DNA of 64,000 nucleotides from assembly GCA_050084515.1 (NCBI GenBank), contig CM114271.1:17546001-17610000 (forward strand), in the 5' to 3' direction. The number at the start of each line of letters is the position of its first letter. Position 1 is the first letter of the stretch. A program made the translations under genes and the position numbers. Source of the stretch: Blasia pusilla (Eukaryota). Positions 47,907 to 59,697 of this stretch are shown one piece after another. Below the pieces are notes generated by a model. The model saw only the letters and a program-made list of their open reading frames with translations. It did no database searches and was not told the DNA's origin.

Positions 47907-50426
47907 CCACTAGTGATTGTAATGCATATTATAGGTTAGTGAGAGCAACTTAACCATATGATGGCCCATATCGTCAAACCGTAGACTAGAGGGAAATGAT
48001 GTCGTTGATGGTAGTGAGGGCCAAGAGACCTTGGGCAGTGGAGGGACACCAAATTCATGCCAGTTGAATAATCAAATCTGGGTGATCATGTGATGACACA
48101 ACTAGTTTATTAGGAAAAATCTTGGTTTCCCACACCATGGCGAGATTTGGTTCTTGCTCCTCAAAAAGTCAATTGATTTCCTCATGCAAAAAGTAGGCTT
48201 TAAATCTACTCATTTTTTTTATATCTCTTCTCTCTACGTTTGAATCAATGGAGGTCTTCCTTATCGTCCCTATATTTTCAGAATGCTAAATCAATTAGAG
48301 TCCATCCTTCATCATGAGCTCAATTGAATTTCCACCATGATTTGCATTGTTCTAATTACTTCTCTTTGTGATGCTCCAATGAGGAATACATTTCTTTGTC
48401 CAAAGGCTATCTAAGATATTCAAAAGAGCTAGAGGAAGCCATGAGACTAATCAAAAGACTTAGTCATGTTGCCATATTTGTGCAAGTGATATCACTATGA
48501 TATGTGTTATGGCAATAGGTGTAATATGAATGTCAATGAATTGCGTGGATTTAAAAGAAGGTTTCATATTGATTGATCTTGTAGTGTTTTGAATCTCTAT
48601 GTCGCCCCAATTCCAATTATAATGCCCACTCCTCCACTGTTTGGGGAGTATCAAATAATTATTCCCTCAAATGATCACTTCCCCTCTCCCTAAATTTTGT
48701 ACCTACCAAAACAGTAAGTTTCTTACTATTTTTTGTTACTAGTATAGAGCTCGTGCGATGCATGGGAGTGAAGGGACTAATGATGATGCACAGAAATTCA
48801 AATTTTTTTCCTTGCTGCCCGAAGTAGGGGAAACATTTTCTTGTTGTCCACTTGCCACGTGTCAAGTAGACATGTGTTTTCAAATCAAGAAGGCAATCTC
48901 CAATAACAATATAGATTTTATATGCATGGTTGAAAATAATAGTGTAGATGGATTATGAAAACCCTATTTTAAAATGGGACTAGTTGGAACAACAATATAA
49001 GATTATGTCATCTTATCCTAATAAATGGCAAGCGTGTTAGAAGAAATCCGAGGGAAAAAAGTGGAATTTGGTAAACGTTAAGGACCTGGAGGGATGTGTA
49101 ACAATATATCAGTGGATGTATCTTTTCAAATATATCATTCCTTGTGGATTGCATATCCAAATGAAGGCTACAAAATAATTGTGAGAGAATTTCAACTAGG
49201 CATAAAGTGAAATTGAATACAAAGGACATTTCTAGCTAGGAAATAAATAAGTGGGTATGGCACGGCCCGCACGGGTGACCTTGCAAGGAGTGGAAATAGG
49301 AAGGATGCATAATGCGCGTAGAAGCCACTAAGATTGAACCTTGGTCCTCATAGAATGACTAGAAAGTGCGCTTGGTTGTGGATATGGGAGATGAAAGAAG
49401 ATTTGTACTCCAACTTAGAAAATATAAAGAGTTGCACTATTAGTAGGAAAAAGTTGTAGCATTATTACAAAGTGCTTGGAGTTACATCTATACTTGTGAT
49501 ATCCACCAAAATATGTCAATGTTTGCAATCTAGTTTAAAAAAGTGTGTTAGCAATTCTTCTCTATCCGGCTCATTGCCAATTGGAAACCAAAACAAATGA
49601 TTCTATTTTACTACAATATTGAAACATTGTAGTAAAATAGAATTACTAGGTCATAATTCCTTTCTAGTAAACTAGGATCTAAAAATTTAGGATTATTTTG
49701 AGAGCAAAGATTGCATCTTTTTCACTTGTAGGTTGTTCTTTAATTGAATGAGCCACAAAATCTTTGAACTTTCTTTCTTATTAAATAACGTGAGCATATG
49801 TAGGTGAGAAAGGAGGAAGGTATGGCAATGAGAAACTTACTCTTGAGCTCCTTGTCGTACGCATACATATAGCTACACAACCCATATCGCTGGTAACATC
49901 TACACACCACACAACACCGATCTTCCCAACACACGGGTTGATCCATCCATAAACCAAACAACTCATATATATACATCGACACCCCACAACAAAATCAAGA
50001 GTAAAAGCCGTACACCCTGCCTAAAACTCCACTCCTCAATCTACATCGACATATCGAGCCTCATCCACCCTGCATTGTGAAGGAATCCAGACTCTAGCAC
50101 CTAGTCCTAACTCACACACACGAGCAAGAGAGGTGTTCCAACAGCCCAACATGAGAAATATGGCTTGAGAAAGTCATCTTTCCCCCTTTTTTAGGTGTGG
50201 CAAGAGCCAAAAGGCTCTTCCCCCAAAAATAGCAACCCCCTGGTAACGTGCACGCACAGGTTATCAGGGGCGGGTGACTTGATAAACAAGTCACCCACTT
50301 GTGAAAGACCCCAAAGGAAAATCGTTGGATACGACGTTCTTGGCACAATAAACCTATCCTCAACCTCATTCGACACTTTGGGACGAAGTTACACTAAAAA
50401 AATTCCGCTAGCTCTCTATATCGTCA

Positions 50427-53203
50427 TGTCGTGCGCATAGACATCGCTACACAACATACATCACAGTCACCGAAAACACACACAAACACGCACGATCCCA
50501 TGCTAACTTATGGCATCCAAACAACGAGACAAGAAGTACCAAAATATCTCCAATAAAATAAGATGAAATCTCTCTCACAACACCATAACTCTCACATGTC
50601 TCTCTCAATGTCAAACCAAACCAAACTAAATGTCCTCTAATGAGAGGCTTGGGTTACACTCACAAGGCAAGGGACCATAGTTCTTCCCCCTCGTGCCAAG
50701 AGGTTCAACAAAGAGAGAATGAGCTCTCCCAAGCTCTCTCCCAAGCATGGTAACCTATGCTCCCAAGTCACCTCCTTGGCTCTTGACCTGATGTAGGAGG
50801 TCAAGGGTAACTTCCCAAAATAGAAAAGTGACCATATATTCAAAATAATACTTATCTAAAATAGTAAGTTTCTCAATATGGCTCCAAGTACCGTAAATGT
50901 TCGGAACATGACTCGACGCACAGTTACGCACATGGTCCTTCCAAACCATACCATCGCGTCCCTCCAATAAGAGAACACTTGATGGCAAAACCTCACGCAC
51001 TCTCAAGATGGTGCACCCTACAGTCACATCCAATGTCGTGGGTGCCGTATGCTACAAGTAGACATAGTATCCCTAATGAAACATGTGGATAGTAGGTCGA
51101 TAACCACCTCCCCAAATAGTCGCATACCTCAATGTATCCCAATGCTACGCAATCGTCAAGTTCTCAAATGCCATGGGCATCACTCTTCGAAATAAATCAG
51201 CCCTCTGAGAACATGCTCGCATCCATACATCAGGGTCATCAAGGTTCAACACCTCACCAACATCTAGACAAATGGTCGTAGGTAAATCTGGCTCTTGGCC
51301 TTACAAAAGCAAGTACGGTGAGAAAGACGCTAAGGATGCCTGCTAGCTGAATCTGTATCCCATCGCCAACCACGGCAATTGGAGGTCCCAATCTCCTAGG
51401 TGACCTCTCTGCAAGCCATAGTTGCGTAACCCTCTCTTCATTGTCTGCACAACTCGCTATGCTAGTCCATCCGACTTAGGATGATCTCGCGATAGTGCGG
51501 TGGTCAATCAGTGCCTAATCATACAAGGCCTGAAACTCCCCGCGGAACTCTGTACCCTGGTGTGTCAACACCTCAGCTATTGCTCTGTAAAGACTCAACA
51601 TCCGATGTAGGAAGGTATACGCTACTCCCTCACTCGCTTTGTCACGCAATGCAACCAACTCTATCCACTCGGAGAAGTGCTCAACCATCACCAACACATA
51701 ACGACTATGGTGCTCCGTCAGAGGTAAAGGTCATGCCAAATCCAAACTCCAGCTATAACCTAAATCCATGATCAGAAGTGGATGCAACTATGGAGTCAGA
51801 GCATTGAAGGATGTCCGGACTCGATCACGCACCATACATCTGGCAACAAACTGCTGAACGTTAGTCTGCATGCCTCGCCACCAATACTAAATCTAGAGCA
51901 AGATGTACGTCCGCTTAACTCCAAAATGACCCAACTCCTCATGGGCAGGACGTACCAAACGTACTCTCTGCAAAGGATGAGGCACTACACGCACTCTATC
52001 ATCTTCCCACACTCGCAACACATGTGTCCCCTCCCACGGGAATCGTCTAGCTTGCTGTAGGATCCGATCTCGCTCTCTAGCACTCACTGTGCTCGCGATG
52101 CTGGCAGTACGCATGTACTCCAAGACTATTCCATCGTCGTGAATATCTCGGCCACCTGTCGTCTCCTCACCGGCTTCTAGATCTAAGGACTCTCCATCAG
52201 ACCTTGCCATCAAAGTCTCAGTAATCTGGCTCTCTATAGCCAAGAAGCCCAAATAGTTGACGCGTGCCATCCTGGCATGAATTGCTAATCACTCTCTCCA
52301 TGCCATCGAGCTCCAATTGCATCTCGTTGACTCGGGCATGGATTATGGCTCAGACCATCTGCATCCTGGTTGAGCATCCCAGATCTATGTACCACCTGGA
52401 AGTCATACTCCTGCAACAAAAGAGCCGACCTCGCAAGCTTCCTTGTAAGCTTGTCGGACTCCATCAACCACTCAAGTGGTTGATGATCAGCAATGATGGT
52501 GAAGGGATTTCCAAATAGATAACATCAGAAATATGCGACAGCCCACACTACAGCCAAGCACTCACCCTCAAACGAGCTATACTTCGCCTCTACAACGTTG
52601 TTCGAGCGACTAGCGTAAGCCACCACAAACTATCTACCATCATTTTCATGCCGGGTGAGCACAACTCCAAGCCCCAACATGCTCCAATCGGTATGCAATT
52701 GGAAAGGACGCCCCCTGATCGGTCTCCTCAATATGGGCGCGGATGTCAATATGTCCTTGAGTAGGTGAAATGCTCTCTCCTCCTCATACCCCCAATACCA
52801 CTCCTGATCCATCTTGGTCAGCAAGGTTAGTGGTTTTGCAATCGAACTAAAACCCTTGACGTACCGTCGATAGAAATTCTCCAATCCCATGAATGCACAA
52901 ACTCGACTCACATCTATAGGGTGTGGAATGCGTGAAATAGCCTCCACCTTTGTCTACTATACACCAAGGCCCCTTGGGTACATAGTCGTAGAAGAACTTG
53001 CACTTGCCTAGGTGTAGCTCTAGCCCATGTACCTACAATCGTCAAAACACCTCCTCTAGATTACGCTCATGCTCCTCAACCGTGATGCTAAAGACTACAA
53101 TATCATCAATATTACACCTAGCAAAATCCAAACCTGCCAAGATCCAATCCATGATCCTTTGAAACTCAGCCGAGGTGTTCTTTAACCCGAATGGTAAGAA
53201 CCG
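50427..53203 (-). mobile_element. Older antisense copy of the same gypsy-like family, 3' part (RT C-terminus, RNase H, integrase, terminal A-B repeat)
   Basis: Minus-strand ORFs 52630-52947, 52285-52467, 51893-52270 and 51515-51697 closely match 60299-62650. Terminus TGTCGTGCGC at 50427 is the reverse complement of repeat B, followed by part of repeat A (to about 50887). The PHD region is deleted. Confidence 0.9.
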
Positions 53204-53720
53204 TGTCATGTGTTTTAGGATAGATCGGTGAGATCTAATAGAGCTAGAGCGCCTTTGTGAGTAGTGGAGGACACGCTCAGTAGGTCGCGGATGACCTGCT
53301 GAGGCCTCGGGAAACCTGAGAGAGCCGGTTTCCCCCTTGTTTCGGCTCATTTGGAGCCATATTGAAGAACTTACTATTTTAGGTAAGTACCATTTTGAGT
53401 ATATGATCAACTTTATATTTTTGGTAAGTGGCCCTTGACCTCCTACATCAGGTCAAGAGCCAAGGAGGTGACTTGGGAGAATAGGTTACCATGGAGAGAG
53501 CTTGGGAGAGGGGAGGGGTATATCTCAAGGAGAGAGAGCTTGAGAGCTCATTCTCTCTTTGTTGAAACTCTTGGCATGAGGCGGTGGAGCTATGGTACCT
53601 TGCCTTGTGAGTGTAACCCAAGCCTCTCATTAGGAGAGTGGGTTTGGTTTGACATGAGAGAGAGTGCACACCTTTGAGAGCTATGGTGTGAGATGGTGGA
53701 GAGAGAGATTGGATCCTACT
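53204..53720 (+). repeat. Terminal repeat A1
   Basis: Matches 62961-63471, with roughly 15-20 differences by eye. Confidence 0.92.
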
Positions 53721-54294
53721 TTACAAAGAGAGAATGAGAGAGTGAGAGAGCTTCATGGGGGAGCTCATTGGTCACTCGCTGTTTTTGCAGGTTGGGGACC
53801 GTGTTCCCCGTTCAGCGGCTCATGGGAGTGCTCACCGGAGCAAGGGCAGCTTTCATTATTATTTGCATTTGCTGATTTTTCGTGTGGAAGAGTGGCGCGC
53901 GGAAGCGCTACCCAATTGTTGATAGGGATTGAGTATGGGTGCGGGTTGCCCCATGCTGGTGCTCTTGGAAGCACCATGAAGCTTGCTGATTTGTATTTAT
54001 ACAAATGTTACATTTTCGTTGGGAGAAATCAGCGCGGGAGCGCTGCCGGATTTTGTGTAGGAGAAAGAGAAATTGGGCTTTACTACAGTCCCTGTTTGTT
54101 TTTACTGAAGTGTTCGATTCTAAATATTTTTTCATACTAGCGTAGATCGTGAAGCTGTGCACGCTGTGCAACAAACAATGCGCAATTTGGAGTTGCAAGC
54201 AAAAAGTTATGGTCAATCTTGTAAAGCTGCCATTGCTAGGCGATTTTTAGGGTTTAATTGTGCAAACCCTAAATCAGCCGCCACACCGACCGCG

Positions 54295-54460
54295 GCCGTC
54301 GCCATCATAGTCACCGTCACCGGTCACCGGTCAACCTTCACCTTCGAAGGTCAACCGTCACCGTCAAACATCAACGGTCAACGTCAACAGTCAACCGTCA
54401 CCGTCGACGGTCGCCCGTCACCATCAATGGTCAACCGTCACTATCAACGGTCCACCGTCC
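54295..54460 (+). repeat. Short-unit repeat array (ACCGTCA / GGTCAAC) in the element 5' leader
   Basis: Many reiterated CACCGTCA/CGGTCAAC units, partly self-complementary. Confidence 0.75.
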
Positions 54461-55498
54461 ATTGTCCACCCTTTGGGTGCCATTTCCGCCATTACGGAGT
54501 GGAGGGTCTTCCACGACGTTCGTTGATTCCTTGACTTGCGTCGCCACCACGTACTTTGTTTTGGCCGCCACCGTCATCGCAGTTTCTTCATCAACCAGTG
54601 ATGGGAGATGACCTTCGGTTATGGTGTTTGAGTTTTGATTTCATGTTGCTATGTTGTGATTGGTAGCCGCTGGACGACGATCGAGTATCGTGCCGTGATG
54701 CCCGTAGCCGCAACGCGCCGCCGATTGCCGCGCCGTGCCGCTCGTGGCCGCACCGCACCGTCTCGATCGTGGAGCCGCACCGTCATTGTGGAGCAGAGTG
54801 TGGGTTTATTGTTGATTGAGGAGGGTATGCCGCCGAGTGCCGCATCCCGCCATCGAGGGCCGTGCCGTTCGTAAAGCCGCCGTTCGTGCCGCCGCAACGC
54901 CGCACGTTTATTTGGGACCGCATTGTCTATCGAGGAGTTTTGAGCGTCGTGACGATGGGAGGAGAATGACTTGCTGATTGGAGGAGTTGTCTCCACGATC
55001 GAGTTGGGGTCGAGATTTGCGATTCTTTGAGAGCGACATTCACATGTGTTCGAGTTACCCATTTCGGTCCTTTACCCCTGCACGTGTGAGGGATTAGGAT
55101 TTGGGTAGTTTATTTGGGGATATTGGGTGTGTGGATGCTGAGAGCATCATTTATGTATATGGTTTAGGGGACATAGACCTGTGTGGGATGTCCGAAGTTG
55201 AGGATAGGTTGTCGATGAGATGATAGCCTGGTCGATTTGCCATGCCGCGTGTTGTTGCACGTTACACGTCTCGGGGAGAGAGAGTGTAGATCGAGTGCCG
55301 CATGTTTGGGATGAGTGATTGAGGGATTCCTCACGAGGTTCAGAGTGATCGGGTGAGAGGGGAACGAGGGTCATCACGGAGTCCGTTCGGGACTTTGAGA
55401 GGCGAGGTGGTGAACCCGAGAGTAGCTCGAGAGGTTTTACGCGGAGTGGCGCTAGGTTTCGAGGGTCTCCACGTGAGGGACTACCTCGACCTCCTTCT

Positions 55499-57960
55499 GT
55501 GTCATTGTTAGACGAGGGGGAGGGTATAGAGGAGTTTGTGAGCACTTCGCCACACATTGTGAGTGGTCCTACCAGTTGGGCGTACAAGATGGACGACCGG
55601 GGTAGAGGACCGCGTAGGTTTTCAGGTGCAGTAGGCACGATTGAGTTGCACAATTTTATAGTAGAGTTTAGGAGTTGGTGCGACTCCCGGGGCCAGAACT
55701 CTAGAGAGTTCAACCCGTTCTGACATGGAACGGTATGTTCCAGCATTTAGAGGGGGCGCCCATGGATGATTACCATGAGTTCTCTCAGAGATATGCATGT
55801 GAGATCGAGGCGTGGAGGCTCTACTATGACCCACATTATGTGTCATGGACGGAGCCGTTCCCAAATGAGGAGGATGAGTCAGGAGAGGCTACTGCCTCTT
55901 CCACTAGTGACGTTTTAGGAGGGGTCACTCGACGACGGGAGCGATTGCACCGTCTAGTCGGGTTCGCCCCGAGGTTCAACCCGTGGTTGAGTTCTTTCTT
56001 TGAGTTGAGGGCGAGCTACCAGGGGGTACGGACGGAGAAGTTGCGGAGCATCCACGAATTCCAAAGGCGCCCGGGTGAGAGTTTGCGTGAGGCTTACACT
56101 CGCTTGCACCGGTTGATCAACGTCACTCAGGGGGTGATAGAGGCTCAGGCTATCCAGTCATGGTACGCGATGCTGGACCGGACTCTGCGGACACGGGTGC
56201 GGGAGGGGGTGCTTCTTATGAACACCTCCCCTACGTTGAGAGATGTTTTTAGGACCGCCGAGAACATTGAGCGCAACATGGCGGAGAAGAGCGTAGCCAC
56301 CATGGGTTCTGGGCGAGAGCGATCCACGATTATCGCACCACTGCATAAACAACGTGGACCCCGAGATAGGTCGACTGTGGCACCACGAGCTCAGGGAGGA
56401 TACCGGGAGGCCGTGCCACAGAGACCTGCGCCTTCATATGCGGCTCAATAGCAACCGCCTACTATTACTTGTTGGTCATGTGGTGGAGCCCATCATCAGC
56501 GCGATTGCACTCGTCAGGGTCATGGACGTGTGCCTTAGCATGGAGGAGGAGATGGTGCTGCACCCGGAGGTTATCAGTGTGACTATTGTCAGAGGTATGG
56601 TCATACACGCGCCATGTGTTTCAGTTTACATCCTGAGTTACGTCCGGACCGAGGGCCAGAGAGGGCACCAGAGCGAGTAGCCCGTCCAGGTGGGCCTAGA
56701 GATCGTGCACCAGGTGGTTCCGTTGGGGGACGAGTAGCAGGAGTTGCCCGACAGGGTGGTGGAGCTGCTCGTGGAGGAGGTAGAGTACCACCACGTAGAT
56801 GCATCGAGGGAGACGTCGGATGTGAGGTTGGGATGGCTGCTCAGATACAACAGCTACAGGAGCAGATTGCCACTATGGCATTGAGGTTACCCGATGCCGG
56901 ATCCGTGGCATCGACATCATATGGAGCAGCCAGAGATCTGGAGGATCTTGGATGGATGTGCGGGGTTGCCTAGATGGAGGCCGCTACAATTGTGACGCGT
57001 GGAGCGGCCGCAGAGTTGGATCCACAGCGAGGGGAAGCCAGAAGGTAGACTAGGCTTCCTCAGTCTTTCACGTTGTCCGAAGCGATGAGGACCCCATCGA
57101 TGGGTCCTCATCAAAGTTCCTGGAGAGTTGGTGATGTTGTTGGTGTGCAGGCACAAAGGGCGATGGGAGAAGCGAGTGCGACGACTCCTATTGTTGATGC
57201 TGAGGAGAGGCATGTGTCGAGCACGTTGTTGGGGGCGGCCACCGTTGTGTACCGCACTCCTTTATTTTCTGCTTCCGATGTTATGACGTTGGGGGGTACG
57301 CCCGCCGAGGCTTATCGGCTGGCCGCTTCACTATGTGAGCGCGGAGTTGGAGTTCCTGCATCACGTTCAGAGGTGATTGCAGAGGAGGTGATGGACCTGC
57401 CCTTGGAGCGGATGCTTGGGCCGTCCACGTCAGATTCATGGCAAACTGCGGCTGCTAGGATGGCGGAGATGCCCGCTAGACCCACGATAGAGCGTGCCAT
57501 GGCTTCTCCTGGTGTTGTGTTGCTGGATAACCGAGGAGAGGTCTTCCAGTTGGTGAGTCCTGGAGGTAGAGCTTTTAGTCCGCAGCGCGTCTTGTTGGAT
57601 TAAGAAGCGCAACCCTTGATGTTGGGGAAAGCGTCATTCAGAGGATTGGGCTTGACGAGAGCCGATGTGGAGCGTTGTCCATTCCGGATCCAGACATCCT
57701 TGGGTGGAGCAAGTACCACACAGTATATCACCTGACAAGAGGTCGTGGTGAGGATTCGCCCGGGACATCCTGAGATGAGTCCGTGAAAGTGCGCCAAAGC
57801 GATAGTGGCCCGATCACGAGTCCTCGACGTCTTGGTTGGTGGAGCAGTGTTATACCCGATGGGGTTTTCCCTGGATTACTGGGAGGAGTCAGCGTCCTAT
57901 AGACCAGGATGGCAGTCAGATGATGGGCGCCTTAGCTCATTACCCGTTTGATTCACAAGT
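55499..57960 (+). pseudogene. Gag (capsid-like region plus two CCHC knuckles) and aspartic protease of the gypsy-like element
   Basis: RFSGAVGTIELHNFIVEF; FQRRPGESLREAYTRL; knuckles CWSCGGAHHQRDC (about 56469) and CDYCQRYGHTRAMC (about 56578); protease site RVLLD*EAQPL (stop at 57601 where D-S/T-G is expected). Confidence 0.8.
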
Positions 57961-58311
57961 GCAGTGATCGAGCAACGGCAAGGAGAGATGGCGACCTTAG
58001 CAACATTTAGTAGTGCCATCACTTGGCCTAGTGATTTGATTGAGGGACATGTCCATGCAGAGGATACTCCCGTTCCTGAAATTTCTATGGAGAGGAGTGT
58101 TATGGTAGCTGCATCATTCCATGGAGGAGAGGTGCCGTTGTGGGGCTCGATTGAGGAGCTTCAACGATTGGCAGATGAGCACGTGCAGACCGCGTGGAGC
58201 GAGGCGTTTGCACCAAAGCGTGATGAGTCTGAGGAACCCGAGGTAGCAGGGAGTGCTACGATGACACCCTTGGATACCACACCCATTGTGTGGTGTACCC
58301 CGGAGGAGGGT

Positions 58312-59260
58312 ATTCAAGTGTTAGATCTCTTTGGAGGGATTAGCACCGGGTTAGCTGTTGTTTTGCAGGCAGGAGTGCGAGTACAGCAGTACCTGTATGT
58401 GGAGAGTGATGATGTTGCGAGGCGCGTCTCATTACGACATGTGGCACAATTACGCCTACGTTTTCCCGACTTATTGTCTGCGTCCGCAGTACAGGGGTAC
58501 GGGAGTTCCCTACCGAGGGATATTTTGTTGTTGGGGGTGTAGGACTTAGAGCGGGTAGGGACCATTGATTTGGTCATTGCCGGTTGGCCATGTCAGGGCC
58601 AATCGAGTGTTGGACGAGGCAGCGGGTTGGCTGACACTCGATCCAGGTTGTTTTGGGAGATGTTGAGGGTCTTACGGCAATTGCAGGAGCACCAGTCTCG
58701 TTCTCCAGCCTACATTCTGGAGAATGTGCCGATCTTAGGAGACTCCAGGTCACGGGTGGTGACGAGTGCTCATCAGGTGCGTGCCTGGATTGGCCCAACA
58801 GTGTTCTTGGATGCGGCGAGTGTAGGTTCTAGAGCCCATCGCCCGCGTCTATGGTGGACCAACTTGGTGCCCCATGCGGTGTTATGGAGGGCGTATGCGA
58901 GAGTGGAGCGCCCCTCCCATTTGTTAGTGGATTCCATTGTGGATCAAGGTCGTTGATCACAGGCAGTGAGGCATGATGATCGACCACCGTTGACTGTGGT
59001 CAACAGGGTAGGCAGGCCGCGGGCAACCTTGCCCACGTTTGTGAGTTTTCCCGCTTCCTATGCATACAAGGAGGCCGGTTCTGGCTTGGTTTGGGATGAC
59101 CAGGTTCAGCGGTTGGTGGAGCCCAACGCCGACGAGAGAGAGCGAGCAATGGGATTTCCCACAGGAGTGACGGCAGTACCATCAGTGTCAGAGGCATCAC
59201 GACGCCATGTCTTGGGTCAAGCGATGGACCTGAAGTGCTTGACATGGATCCTCAGCTTGG
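58312..59260 (+). pseudogene. DNMT3-like C5 cytosine DNA methyltransferase domain within the retrotransposon polyprotein
   Basis: Motif I VLDLFGGISTG, II YLYVESD, IV IDLVIAGWPCQ (catalytic Pro-Cys at 58588-58593), VI YILENV, VIII RAHRPRLWWTN, IX/X ERERAMGFP...RRHVLGQAM. In frame with gag-protease; interrupted by TAG 58540 and TGA 58954. Confidence 0.9.
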
Positions 59261-59697
59261 GAGTGGCTGAGCAGCGTCGTATGAGATCGTGACAGATCAC
59301 ATCGGTTGCGTTGGTGAGCCCCATGCCTACCGAGACGGTGGAGTGGAAGCGGTGGGGCGAGACCCGAGGAGATCTACGATCGGGAGATCGGGAGAGACAC
59401 CCTTGGACTTCTTGGGATGTTTTGGTGCACGCAAGGAGATGATAGCCACAAAGATCGGCGTGGTTTCGGCACCGCACGTGGAGGAGATCGAGTTTGCAGT
59501 TGGTCGTAGGAGAGCGGCCGAGTGTTGTTGTTCGAGACGGGGTTGTACCATAGCAACCACCGATACCCGCGCCGGAGAGTCCTACCGTAGTCACGATGGA
59601 GACTTGGGAGCCAGATATGGGCCCTAAGTTGACAGGATGAGAGCGGCGCCGAATACATCAGTTCCTCAGGAGTTATAGGAGCTGCTTTGCATTTAGC

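Noticed and set aside
46000-49600. Short ORFs in AT-rich intergenic DNA
   Set aside because: No recognisable domains or consistent exon structure.
53042-53410. Minus-strand ORF ending in RT-like FLPFGLKN...CNIDD
   Set aside because: Chimeric read-through from antisense repeat A into the host RT across the insertion junction; not a gene.
58312-59260. Host DRM/DNMT3 gene or bacterial contaminant MTase
   Set aside because: Intronless, in frame within gag-pol, non-permuted motif order (unlike DRM) and enclosed by the element's terminal repeats.
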